Assembly: GCA_013239625.1 (NCBI GenBank)
Contig: MU056550.1
Span: 310,001 to 374,000 of the forward strand
Direction of reading: 5' to 3'
From: Lama guanicoe
Taxonomy: Eukaryota
Length of the DNA stretch: 64,000 nt
The notes below the pieces were generated by a model. It worked only from the letters and a program-made list of their open reading frames with translations. It did not search any database and was not told the DNA's origin. The first letter of the stretch is position 1. Every line of letters starts with the position of its first letter. Shown piece by piece: positions 11,550 through 23,039 of this stretch. A program made the position numbers and the translations under genes.

Positions 11550-12212
11550 CAGAGACAGAAGGCTAGCCAGTCGCCAAAGACCCCACGCTTCCCTCCCACA
11601 GTGTAGCATTGTTGCTGGAAAGTGATTGCCCAGCCAGGGATGACATTTCTGTCTGGGTAGGGACACATGAATGTACCTGGAAGAGATGTGTGACACTTCT
11701 GGCTAAAAGAGTTTAGGAAGAAGGTGTTCCTTTGTCCACTCCTTATCCCCTTTGCCAGTTGGAAGCAGGACTTAAACTATAGCTCACGGGCCAAATCTGG
11801 CCTGCTGCGTGTTCTTGTAAATAAAAGTTTTATTGGAACATGGCTATTCCCATTGGCTACTTGTTTTTGTAAACAAAGTTTTATTAGAACACAGCCATGC
11901 CCATGCTCATTTACTCTATAATCTAGGTCCACTTTCTGCAGAGTTCAGTAGTTGTGACAGATGCAGACAGATGTCCATCAAAGCCTGAAATATTTACTAT
12001 CTGGCCCATTACAGCAAACGTGTGCCAAGCTTTGCCTTGGAGAGTGATGGGGACACAGAAAGAGGAAGACAGAATCCCTGAATCCTTACGTGGAGGAAAT
12101 TTGTTTGCCAGGAACCAGGAACACCCAGTCACATCGGACTCTTGGGTGAGTGAGAAGTGATCTGTCATTGTGTTAAACTTCTGGTGTTTATCCAGCAGCA
12201 GCTAGTGTTACA
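11550..12212 (+). mobile_element. MLT1J-like LTR split by MER58A
   Basis: gatgtgtgacacttctggc..ggaagca / acagaatccctgaatcc..ttgtgttaa..cagcagctagtgttac. Confidence 0.6.
11766..12034 (+). mobile_element. MER58A hAT-Charlie element with an internal duplication
   Basis: gggccaaatctggcctgctg..aaagttttattggaaca..aagcctgaaatatttactatctggccc. Confidence 0.9.
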
Positions 12213-12234
12213 GGAAGTATGCTGGGCTCTCTAC

Positions 12235-12308
12235 TATGTGGTATATATATATACCACAAATTCTTTATTTAGTCATCTGTCAATGGACATTTAGGTTGTT
12301 TCCATGTT
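12235..12308 (-). mobile_element. L1 3' fragment
   Basis: ataccacaaattcttta..tgtcaatggacatttaggttgtttccatgt. Confidence 0.75.
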
Positions 12309-12500
12309 AGACAGCCCAGGTTTGAACCCTGCACCTGTCATGCACTGGCTGGGTGACCTTGGATAAGTTCCTTCATCTCTTTGAGCCTGTATCTCCATCA
12401 CTAAAATGGGGTAATTGCAGACCTAGCTTCTGGAGTTGTTATGAGGAATAAATGACTTCTGCTGCTAAAGAACTTGGCATGGGTAAGGTGCTGGTACTAG
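12309..12500 (+). mobile_element. MIR SINE
   Basis: ggtttgaacc..gctgggtgaccttggataagtt..taaaatggggtaat..gttgttatgagga. Confidence 0.85.
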
Positions 12501-12569
12501 GGGACCCCCGGGTGTACAGAGGAGACGTGGAGCCCAGGGTGGGGTGGGGGACCACTGCCCAGCTGGTGG

Positions 12570-13010
12570 TGCCACTGTTCCTCCCATGGCCCGGGGCAGG
12601 CCCATCCTTCACTCCCTCCTGTCTGTCCACCCTATGCAATCACGTTGAGTCCTGTCCATTTTGCTTCCAAAATATCTCAGCTCTGTCCCGTTTCTTTCCA
12701 CCTCTGCCGCCTCCACCTTGTCCCAGCTGCCATCCCTGTCTGTAAACCCTCCTGCCTGTCTGCACGACATCCCATGGCCTCCCACGTGTCTTTTCTTTTC
12801 ATAAAAACCAGAGTGAGGTCTTTTTTAGGTGTAGACCTGTTCATGTTACTTCCACCTTAAGGCCCTTCCTGACAGACAGAGCTTCTTACCCCAGCTACCG
12901 CCTCTGCCTCCCTCCTCCTGCTGTCTGGTTCCGTCCGTTCTGTGGGATGGCCATGACCGCCCTACACTACCCCAGGGCCCTTGCACATCCTATTCCTTCC
13001 ACTTGCATCA
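12570..13010 (+). mobile_element. L2 fragment
   Basis: agtcctgtccattttgcttccaaaatatctc..cagggcccttgcacatcctattcc. Confidence 0.75.
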
Positions 13011-14639
13011 TGTAGGAAAAAAAAGCACTGGAAAATGAGGGGGACAGACAGGATAATCTAGGGACCCCCGCTCTGACACTCCAGGCATCTCGGGTGGACG
13101 GGGAGGGCGTGACATTGCTCCGAGGGTGCTGGGAGGTGGAGATGCAAAAGCGCCATCCCCGCTGGGGACAGGAGGGTCAGCTGGTTTGGCCCTCGCTTTC
13201 TAAGGCCGCCCGGTACCCTCCTCCCCGTGAAACTCACAGTCACATATGCCGAGGAGCAGACCAGGGAGACAATTTGTTATCAAAATGACCAAGTTCACTT
13301 TGGGCATATTGAAGAAAAAAAAAGAAAGCTATTTCCTAGTGTCTAAATCTCATTAAAAAAGCAATTTTGCAATCAATTACAATGCAATTTAGCCACTAAC
13401 TGTTTAATTATAGTAAAAAAAAAAAAGACAAGCTGCAGAAGTGAGTTTGTTCTCTCTGTCCCCATATTTATGAGACAGGCCGAAGGAACTTGTCTTTGGA
13501 GGGCTCTGGAGTAGAATGAGAGGCCGGCTTGGCCCAATTACCTTACCAGTTAAATTTTTCGTGTCCGTATATCGTATTTGCCGAGGATGTTGTGTTGTTT
13601 GGAGTACACGGGAGGGAGAGAGGTTCTTTTTTCTCCAAGAGCCCGGATCTTTCTTATTCAGTCACGTGCTATCAAAATGATATCAATCTATGTGTCTTCT
13701 GTTAAAGGAACATGATTTCCATAAATTATTATATGTTTAATGCGGCAGTAGAATTTGCCTTCTGGAACCCTCTCAGTGGAGGAATTGTGGAGGTGAAACA
13801 GAGAGTGGAGTCTACAGAGTGTTGGGGGAACTCAAGGCTGGGGAGAGAGGTACAGGGAGGTGGAGGTTGGCATCTGGGCCACGCAGCAGGGAGGACCGCG
13901 GATGCAGGACTTGTGTGTTCCTGATCCTGAGGGAGAGGGGCGGGGTCTTCTCAGGCCTCGCTGTTGTGAAGAGTAGCGTGGAATCCGAGGCACTGATACT
14001 GGTCCCTCTGCCGAGTCTCTTCCCATCACCTCTTCCTCAGGACCATTCTCACTCAGGGACCCCCGGCTCCTCTTCTCAGCCCTCTGGCCCGAGTCTGCCT
14101 GCCAGCTGTTCTCCTGGTGGATGCTTTCCGGTCCATGCACTGTGGCCATGAGCATCACTCACCCCATCCTTCTGGCCCACTGGAAGGGGATTGGCTCCCA
14201 TCTTACCAATGGGGATATTGGCTCCAGAGGACTGAACACCTGGGTCTTTGGAAATACTCAAGGGAGGTTTACTTTTGCTTTTCTTCTGCCTGTTTGGTGT
14301 CATGAGGGCCAGGGGTATGCCTGTGGAGGGTCCTTTTTGGTATCAAGTGGCAGAAAGGTTATGGCAAGTGCTCTGGCTGCAAAGGATAAATCACTAATGT
14401 TGGTATTCTTGTTCTTAACAACGTCTGCATTAATGCTGCACGTAGGCTGGAAGATGCACTAAAGCCACTGAGGGAAATGATGCATTTCAGCCCCTGGGGC
14501 GTCAGTGACACAGTTGGTGCCTGATGCCCACAAAGCTTCGGCTGGGGTTAATGTTCACAGGAATCTTCACATCCAGAAATTCTGTTCCTTGACCTCAGGC
14601 TGAGTCTCAGCTCTATCTTAGTGTAAGCCCTGATTCTGG

Positions 14640-14740
14640 TAATGGGCTGAGGACTGATCCCAGCCATGGGCTGAGTTCTGATCTCAATTCCAGACTGAGC
14701 TCTGTCCCTGGCCCAAGACTGAGGTCTGGAAACCAGAGTA
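14640..14740 (+). repeat. Degenerate ~24-25 bp tandem repeat (also in copies 2 and 3)
   Basis: atgggctgaggactgatcccagcc / atgggctgagttctgatctcaattc / cagactgagctctg.. / agactgaggtctgg. Confidence 0.5.
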
Positions 14741-15070
14741 AACCAGCCTGATCTCTGCAAGCCACGCCCGGCCCCTCCATTGTCACAGGCACATGCTGTC
14801 ATCACAGGAGAGCCCCCTGAAGAGCACAGCCTTTCTCCTGCTGGGACATGACTTGCATCCAGGTCCTGCACCCACAAAGCTTGGAGCCTCCCACTGGTGG
14901 AGGAAAGCTGGTGAAGGCTGCCTCAGACCTTAAGTGCTGCTGCTGAACCGTGTGGAAGGAGGCCTGAAGAGGATGAAAAAAGTGAGCATGTTACCCAAAC
15001 AGCAGCTGGGCCCAGCAACTGCTCAGGAACATCCCTTTGAAGATGCTACCACCTCCTCTAATGTCCCCCA

Positions 15071-15455
15071 TGCTGTGGACCTCAGGTTAGTGTTCCCCCA
15101 AAATTCACATGTTGAAATTCTCATCCCCAATGTGATGATGTTTAGAGGTGGGACCTTTGGGAGGTGATCTGAGTTAGATGAGGTCATGAAAGTGAGGCCC
15201 TCATGATAGGATTAATGCTCTTCTGAGGGAAAAAAAAAAAAGAGAGAGACACCAGAGCTCTCTCTTTCAACCACATTGAGGACACAGCAAGCAGGCAGCC
15301 ATCTGCAAACCAGGAAGAGGGTCCTCACCAGATGCCTAATCCACAGGGACCTGGATCTGGACTTCTCAGCATCCAGAACTGGGGGAAATAATATTTGTTG
15401 TTTCAGTCACCGGTCTCTACAGCATTTTGTTACAGCCTTCAGAACGGACTAAGAC
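15071..15455 (+). mobile_element. MaLR LTR (MLT1A-like), full length
   Basis: tgctgtggac..ccccaaaattcacatgttgaaa..ggacctttgggaggtga..gccatctgcaaaccagga..actaagac. Confidence 0.9.
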
Positions 15456-15522
15456 CCTTCCCTGCCTTCTTGGCTGCAGGCTGTTCATTTGGCTTGGCTC
15501 ATCAGGCACTGCCTCTGGGAGG

Positions 15523-15732
15523 NNNNNNNNNNNNNNNNNNNNNNNNNNNNNNNNNNNNNNNNNNNNNNNNNNNNNNNNNNNNNNNNNNNNNNNNNNNNNN
15601 NNNNNNNNNNNNNNNNNNNNNNNNNNNNNNNNNNNNNNNNNNNNNNNNNNNNNNNNNNNNNNNNNNNNNNNNNNNNNNNNNNNNNNNNNNNNNNNNNNNN
15701 NNNNNNNNNNNNNNNNNNNNNNNNNNNNNNNN
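15523..15732. other. Assembly gap (210 N)
   Basis: N run. Confidence 1.
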
Positions 15733-17919
15733 CCTAGTGTCTAAATCTCATTAAAAAAGCAATTTTGCAATCAATTACAATGCAATTTAGCCACTAACTG
15801 TTTAATTATAGTAAAAAAAAAAAGACAAGCTGCAGAAGTGAGTTTGTTCTCTCTGTCCCCATATTTATGAGACAGGCCGAAGGAACTTGTCTTTGGAGGG
15901 CTCTGGAGTAGAATGAGAGGCCGGCTTGGCCCAATTACCTTACAAGTTAAATTTTTCGTGTCCGTATATCGTATTTGCCGAGGATGTTGTGTTGTTTGGA
16001 GTACACGGGAGGGAGAGAGGTTCTTTTTTCTCCAAGAGCCCGGATCTTTCTTACTCAGTCACGTGCTATCAAAATGATATCAATCTATGTGTCTTCTGTT
16101 AAAGGAACATGATTTCCATAAATTATTATATGTTTAATGCGGCAGTAGAATTTGCCTTCTGGAACCCTCTCAGTGGAGGAATTGTGGAGGTGAAACAGAG
16201 ACTGGAGTCTACAGAGTGTTGGGGGAACTCAAGGCTGGGGAGAGAGGTACAGGGAGGTGGAGGTTGGCATCTGGGCCACGCAGCAGGGAGGACCGCGGAT
16301 GCAGGACTTGTGTGTTCCTGATCCTGAGGGAGAGGGGCGGGGTCTTCTCAGGCCTCGCTGTTGTGAAGAGTAGCGTGGAATCCGAGGCACTGATACTGGT
16401 CCCTCTGCCGAGTCTCTTCCCATCACCTCTTCCTCAGGACCATTCTCACTCAGGGACCCCCGGCTCCTCTTCTCAGCCCTCTGGCCCGAGTCTGCCTGCC
16501 AGCTGTTCTCCTGGTGGATGCTTTCCGGTCCATGCACTGTGGCCATGAGCATCACTCACCCCATCCTTCTGGCCCACTGGAAGGGGATTGGCTCCCATCT
16601 TACCAATGGGGATATTGGCTCCAGAGGACTGAACACCTGGGTCTTTGGAAATACTCAAGGGAGGTTTACTTTTGCTTTTCTTCTGCCTGTTTGGTGTCAT
16701 GAGGGCCAGGGGTATGCCTGTGGAGGGTCCTTTTTGGTATCAAGTGGCAGAAAGGTTATGGCAAGTGCTCTGGCTGCAAAGGATAAATCACTAATGTTGG
16801 TATTCTTGTTCTTAACAACGTCTGCATTAATGCTGCACGTAGGCTGGAAGATGCACTAAAGCCACTGAGGGAAATGATGCATTTCAGCCCCTGGGGCGTC
16901 AGTGACACAGTTGGTGCCTGATGCCCACAAAGCTTCGGCTGGGGTTAATGTTCACAGGAATCTTCACATCCAGAAATTCTGTTCCTTGACCTCAGGCTGA
17001 GTCTCAGCTCTATCTTAGTGTAAGCCCTGATTCTGGTAATGGGCTGAGGACTGATCCCAGCCATGGGCTGAGTTCTGATCTCAATTCCAGACTGAGCTCT
17101 GTCCCTGGCCCAAGACTGAGGTCTGGAAACCAGAGTAAACCAGCCTGATCTCTGCAAGCCACGCCCGGCCCCTCCATTGTCACAGGCACATGCTGTCATC
17201 ACAGGAGAGCCCCCTGAAGAGCACAGCCTTTCTCCTGCTGGGACATGACTTGCATCCAGGTCCTGCACCCACAAAGCTTGGAGCCTCCCACTGGTGGAGG
17301 AAAGCTGGTGAAGGCTGCCTCAGACCTTAAGTGCTGCTGCTGAACCGTGTGGAAGGAGGCCTGAAGAGGATGAAAAAAGTGAGCATGTTACCCAAACAGC
17401 AGCTGGGCCCAGCACCTGCTCAGGAACATCCCTTTGAAGATGCTACCACCTCCTCTAATGTCCCCCATGCTGTGGACCTCAGGTTAGTGTTCCCCCAAAA
17501 TTCACATGTTGAAATTCTCATCCCCAATGTGATGGTGTTTAGAGGTGGGACCTTTGGGAGGTGATCTGAGTTAGATGAGGTCATGAAAGTGAGGCCCTCA
17601 TGATAGGATTAATGCTCTTCTGAGGGAAAAAAAAAAAAGAGAGAGACACCAGAGCTCTCTCTTTCAACCACATTGAGGACACAGCAAGCAGGCAGCCATC
17701 TGCAAACCAGGAAGAGGGTCCTCACCAGATGCCTAATCCACAGGGACCTGGATCTGGACTTCTCAGCATCCAGAACTGGGGGAAATAATATTTGTTGTTT
17801 CAGTCACCGGTCTCTACAGCATTTTGTTACAGCCTTCAGAACGGACTAAGACCCTTCCCTGCCTTCTTGGCTGCAGGCTGTTCATTTGGCTTGGCTCATC
17901 AGGCACTGCCTCTGGGAGG
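15733..17919 (+). repeat. Copy 2 of the 2.19 kb block
   Basis: Offset 2397-2398 from copy 1; ends at the same base, before a gap. Confidence 0.97.
17468..17852 (+). mobile_element. MLT1A-like LTR (within copy 2)
   Basis: Duplicate of 15071-15455. Confidence 0.9.
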
Positions 17920-18141
17920 NNNNNNNNNNNNNNNNNNNNNNNNNNNNNNNNNNNNNNNNNNNNNNNNNNNNNNNNNNNNNNNNNNNNNNNNNNNNNNNNN
18001 NNNNNNNNNNNNNNNNNNNNNNNNNNNNNNNNNNNNNNNNNNNNNNNNNNNNNNNNNNNNNNNNNNNNNNNNNNNNNNNNNNNNNNNNNNNNNNNNNNNN
18101 NNNNNNNNNNNNNNNNNNNNNNNNNNNNNNNNNNNNNNNNN
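17920..18141. other. Assembly gap (222 N)
   Basis: N run. Confidence 1.
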
Positions 18142-18145
18142 GGTA

Positions 18146-19287
18146 AAAGGATAAATCACTAATGTTGGTATTCTTGTTCTTAACAACGTCTGCATTAATG
18201 CTGCACGTAGGCTGGAAGATGCACTAAAGCCACTGAGGGAAATGATGCATTTCAGCCCCTGGGGCGTCAGTGACACAGTTGGTGCCTGATGCCCACAAAG
18301 CTTCGGCTGGGGTTAATGTTCACAGGAATCTTCACATCCAGAAATTCTGTTCCTTGACCTCAGGCTGAGTCTCAGCTCTATCTTAGTGTAAGCCCTGATT
18401 CTGGTAATGGGCTGAGGACTGATCCCAGCCATGGGCTGAGTTCTGATCTCAATTCCAGACTGAGCTCTGTCCCTGGCCCAAGACTGAGGTCTGGAAACCA
18501 GAGTAAACCAGCCTGATCTCTGCAAGCCACGCCCGGCCCCTCCATTGTCACAGGCACATGCTGTCATCACAGGAGAGCCCCCTGAAGAGCACAGCCTTTC
18601 TCCTGCTGGGACATGACTTGCATCCAGGTCCTGCACCCACAAAGCTTGGAGCCTCCCACTGGTGGAGGAAAGCTGGTGAAGGCTGCCTCAGACCTTAAGT
18701 GCTGCTGCTGAACCGTGTGGAAGGAGGCCTGAAGAGGATGAAAAAAGTGAGCATGTTACCCAAACAGCAGCTGGGCCCAGCAACTGCTCAGGAACATCCC
18801 TTTGAAGATGCTACCACCTCCTCTAATGTCCCCCATGCTGTGGACCTCAGGTTAGTGTTCCCCCAAAATTCACATGTTGAAATTCTCATCCCCAATGTGA
18901 TGATGTTTAGAGGTGGGACCTTTGGGAGGTGATCTGAGTTAGATGAGGTCATGAAAGTGAGGCCCTCATGATAGGATTAATGCTCTTCTGAGGGAAAAAA
19001 AAAAAAGAGAGAGACACCAGAGCTCTCTCTTTCAACCACATTGAGGACACAGCAAGCAGGCAGCCATCTGCAAACCAGGAAGAGGGTCCTCACCAGATGC
19101 CTAATCCACAGGGACCTGGATCTGGACTTCTCAGCATCCAGAACTGGGGGAAATAATATTTGTTGTTTCAGTCACCGGTCTCTACAGCATTTTGTTACAG
19201 CCTTCAGAACGGACTAAGACCCTTCCCTGCCTTCTTGGCTGCAGGCTGTTCATTTGGCTTGGCTCATCAGGCACTGCCTCTGGGAGG
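18146..19287 (+). repeat. Copy 3 (partial, equals 14381-15522)
   Basis: Offset 3765 from copy 1; carries the copy-1 bases at both informative sites. Confidence 0.97.
18836..19220 (+). mobile_element. MLT1A-like LTR (within copy 3)
   Basis: Duplicate of 15071-15455. Confidence 0.9.
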
Positions 19288-19509
19288 NNNNNNNNNNNNN
19301 NNNNNNNNNNNNNNNNNNNNNNNNNNNNNNNNNNNNNNNNNNNNNNNNNNNNNNNNNNNNNNNNNNNNNNNNNNNNNNNNNNNNNNNNNNNNNNNNNNNN
19401 NNNNNNNNNNNNNNNNNNNNNNNNNNNNNNNNNNNNNNNNNNNNNNNNNNNNNNNNNNNNNNNNNNNNNNNNNNNNNNNNNNNNNNNNNNNNNNNNNNNN
19501 NNNNNNNNN
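19288..19509. other. Assembly gap (222 N)
   Basis: N run. Confidence 1.
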
Positions 19510-19680
19510 GGTACTTACTATGTGTTGGGCACTCACTGGGTTACCTATTTTCCCCATGTGATTTTATAGATGCCTCACAAATAGCTCTGTACGATCCATA
19601 TTCTTATTAGTCTATTTGACAGAGGGATCCAGTGACTTCTAGTGGTCCAGGAAAGATGCAAACTTAGGCTTTTTTGACTT
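19510..19680 (-). mobile_element. MIR SINE
   Basis: gtacttactatgtgttgggcact..cctcacaa..ttattag..tttgacagagg. Confidence 0.65.
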
Positions 19681-21369
19681 CATGGAGGGTGATATCACCC
19701 CCCCAAGCTGCTTCCCAAGAACAGCTTTATGCAGAGAAGTGACATGGTCCTATCTGCACTTCAGGAAGATCGTCTGGGTTGTGGGTGCCCAGCAGTGAAT
19801 CCTCCACAAGAAGAAGCCAAGGAGCTAGCTGCCCCCCCACCTGCCTGTTTGAACTCATCCCAGGACATGACAGCTTCAAGAGGAAAAGCTGTGAGACCCA
19901 AGAGGTGGCTACAGCCTTAAGGCCCAGCTCCTTCCCAGCATGTGTCTCCAGTCTGCCTGGCCAGCCTTGACCACTCCGTTTCTACTTTATCTAATTTTCA
20001 ATCAGCCTGGCTCTGGGCCATGCTGCCCAGACAAAACACACAATTTTGTATTAATTTCCAGCTTTGTGTTAACACAGCACTTTTGGGGCCCTACATTAAT
20101 ACAATCTGAAGAACAAGAGGGTTCAACTTCGGGGGGACGTTAGACGAGCCTGACTCCTGGGTGGGGAGGGGAGGCCCTGTCAGGACGTAGGAATGTGAGC
20201 TGCCATCACTGGGCTTTGGGGCTGGAGAAGGGAGCGAGCTGTGGCCTCTTGGGGATTCAAATGCTATTGGAGGCTGGATGAGTGGGTGGGTTGGCCATTG
20301 TGGGGGAGACAACGCTGCTCTCAGCCTTGATCGTTGGTAAAGTGAGTGCAGACTCTGTGTGTCGATTTGTCCTCGTGTCCCTCCTCCGTCAGGATGGCTT
20401 CCACAAGTTCCCCCTGGTGATAAGGTTCACGGTGCTCTGCCAGATGGCATAGTCTCCCGCTTTCCCAATCCTCCAGGGGCTGTCAGAAACACAGCCAAGC
20501 ACTCTTACCTCAAAATTACATTTAGGTGTTTAATTAACAGAAATGACTCCGTAACCCATAAATCACTCTAAATGCGCGTACCACATGCAGACACACGAAA
20601 GCTGGCTCCCTTTGTCCCTGGGGACTCAGCCACGTCACCCGCTGCTACCACATCAAGCTGTGATCTTCACTTGGTCCCCAAGAAAAACTTTGGCAGGGTT
20701 GGGGTGCAGGCTGAAGAAGGAAGTCGTGAGGTGTCCCCCTGCCCCAGAATTGTTCCCCAAAGGCACTGAATTCGTTCCTCTTTAAAGTCCAACAGAAGTG
20801 AGTTCCTCAGGGTCTGCTCCAGATGTTGGAGCTGGTCTGCCACCTTCCTGCCCTTAGGATGGAGGCTGCGAGCCATGGAGTTCTAGTGAGCTGCTTGGCC
20901 TGCCCTCCCCCAAAAGGGGAGGCATCGCAGGGTCTCTCACGATTCTGCTGTGGGTGGGAAACCCAGAGCCACTTACTATATGATCTGCTGCGTGCCACAC
21001 CGGCTTTTATCCCCGCCCTCCTGGGCACTTCTGTTTTCTTCCTTTTGTCTCTAGAATCTCACTGGCGGTTCTCTCAGGCGTTGCTTTGCCTCTGATGATG
21101 TACCAGGGGCCTTTCCATAGCATGCATTTCTGGTCCAGAGCCTTGTTGTAATAGCCCCCAGTCTGATGGTTCTCAACCTACAGTACCACTCCCCAGGGGA
21201 CCCGTCCAATTCCAGAGTGTGGTTTTGGTTGGACCAAAGATGGAGGAGATGCCTAGTGGTCCTGCAGTGTTCTCAACAAATTATCTCTTGTCCTACTGGA
21301 CCTTGAATGTCCAGACAGACGTTCTTATAGGTGCCAAACACATGTATCTGAACCTAGAACATAAGTACT

Positions 21370-21409
21370 ATGTTTCTTCTCTTTTGGGGGGGGTGGGGGA
21401 GGAAGGTTT

Positions 21410-21441
<32 letters not shown>

Positions 21442-21528
21442 AATTTGTTTTTGGAGATACTGGGGATTAAACGTAGGACTTTGTGCATGCTAAGCGTGTA
21501 CTCTGCCACTGAGCTATCCCCCTCACCC
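21370..21528 (-). mobile_element. tRNA-Ala-derived SINE (camelid vic-1-like) with (TA)n
   Basis: tactggggattaaac..tgtgcatgctaagc..ccactgagctatcccc; flanking direct repeat taagtact at 21362 and 21532. Confidence 0.85.
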
Positions 21529-21950
21529 ACTTAAGTACTTTTTCCACTTGGTTTTTAATCTATACCTAATAGTCCAGGAATGCAACTGTGGTGTAAGTCA
21601 AGGGGATTTTGTATTTTGTTTTGTTCTGAGCATTACCAACAGTTGTTCACCATTTTGGAAATCATTACTGATGGTAATGATGTTCTCAGTATCTGAGTCA
21701 CCAGTATAACACTCCTGTGCGACTCTGCCTGTGTATATCTGCCTGTAAATATAAGAGCCTGATTACTTCATTATGTCTTCTAGGGCAATTATGCCTAACA
21801 TTTACATATTGAAATAGATGTTGTTTGATTATAATTTATTTTCCTCTCATTGTCCCCTATACTATGGTTAATGAATTATTTTGAGTTTTTAAAAAATTGA
21901 GTTTAGCTCGGTTCTGTTTTCCATGTTTTCATTTTAAGGATAGTAGATGG

Positions 21951-22464
21951 TGCTATGGTAGACTGTTTATGGCCACAAAACTCCCACACCCAAGTATGCC
22001 TGTCCCTTTGCAAAGTGACTCTGCCACTCCTCCTGTTCACAGGGGATCTGTTTCTTTACCTCCTGGAATCTGGGCTGGCTTTGAGACTTGCTTTGATCCA
22101 CAGATTATGGTAGAGTGATTTTATGTGACTTTCAAGTCTAGCTCTTAAGATGCTTTGCAATTTCTGGTGTCAGCCTCTTGGGATACTATCCCGAGACCAC
22201 TAGGCTAAGAAGCTGCTCTGGCCTACAGGAGGATGGAGGTGAACGGAGGTGCCCTAGCAGACAGCCAGACCGACTGCCAGGCATGTGAGCAAAGCCATCT
22301 TAGATCTTCCAGCCCAGTTCAAACTTTCAGCAAATGCAGGCTCACAAACAAGCCCAGTAGAGGAACATTTCAGCCAACCCATAGAAACATGAGAAATGAT
22401 AAATTGTGCATTCAGCCACTAAGTTTTGAAACAGTTTGTGATATACCAATAATTAACTGATACA
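21951..22464 (+). mobile_element. MaLR LTR (MLT1F/G-like), full length
   Basis: tg..ccctttgcaaagtgactctgccactcctcc..gacttgctttga..cagccactaagttttg..taactgataca. Confidence 0.85.
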
Positions 22465-23039
22465 GGGAACTTACAAAATATTTTTTTTTCAAAAAAAGGC
22501 TTGAGAATCAAACATCAGGTATTGAGCACCTGCTGTATGCTGGACAGAGCATATCCTGATTCATATTTCTGAGGCAGAGACTGGCAGGCATGGTTTATAA
22601 AGTTTGGGCCCAGGGGAAGGAGATGGGGACCCTGTTGCCAGAACAGACACTCATGGTGAGGGCTGGGTTTGGGGATAAGGCAGAGGCTGTTAACTGAGAC
22701 CCTAGACCAAGGCTTTACCAGCAGCAGGAGGACTCAGGCTGAGTAACAAGGTGGGACTGGGCCACCCTTAGTCTCACCCTTAGTCTGACTCAAGTCAAAA
22801 TGAGCATCAGAATCCAGCAGCCTTGAGTTGAGGAAGGTGAGAGGCAGAAGCAGATTTTACCCTTTAGAGGACAAAAACTCTGACAAATTTACAACTTCCC
22901 TTACAAAATGTATAGCAAAGCAACGCTGAGTGTAAACAAGTTCAATAAAATTTTGATTCATTCCCACACCTACCTTTATTCTCTTTTAAAAGAAATATAA
23001 GAAATATCAGTTATAAAATATAAAAAATACTTTGGAATT

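Larger units (their letters stand above)
13335..15522 (+). repeat. Copy 1 of a near-identical 2.19 kb block
   Basis: Matches 15733-17919 except 5 substitutions and a 1-nt poly-A difference that I found by eye. Confidence 0.97.
21167..22510. mobile_element. MER20B-like hAT-Charlie element hosting a SINE and an MLT1
   Basis: ggttctcaacc..tgaatgtccagacagac..ccaggaatgcaact..gttgttcaccattt..acttcattatgtcttctag..ttgagaa. Confidence 0.65.

Noticed and set aside
13712-19610. Repeated identical ORFs suggesting a tandem gene cluster
   Set aside because: They only reflect the duplicated block, and several are extended artificially through N runs.
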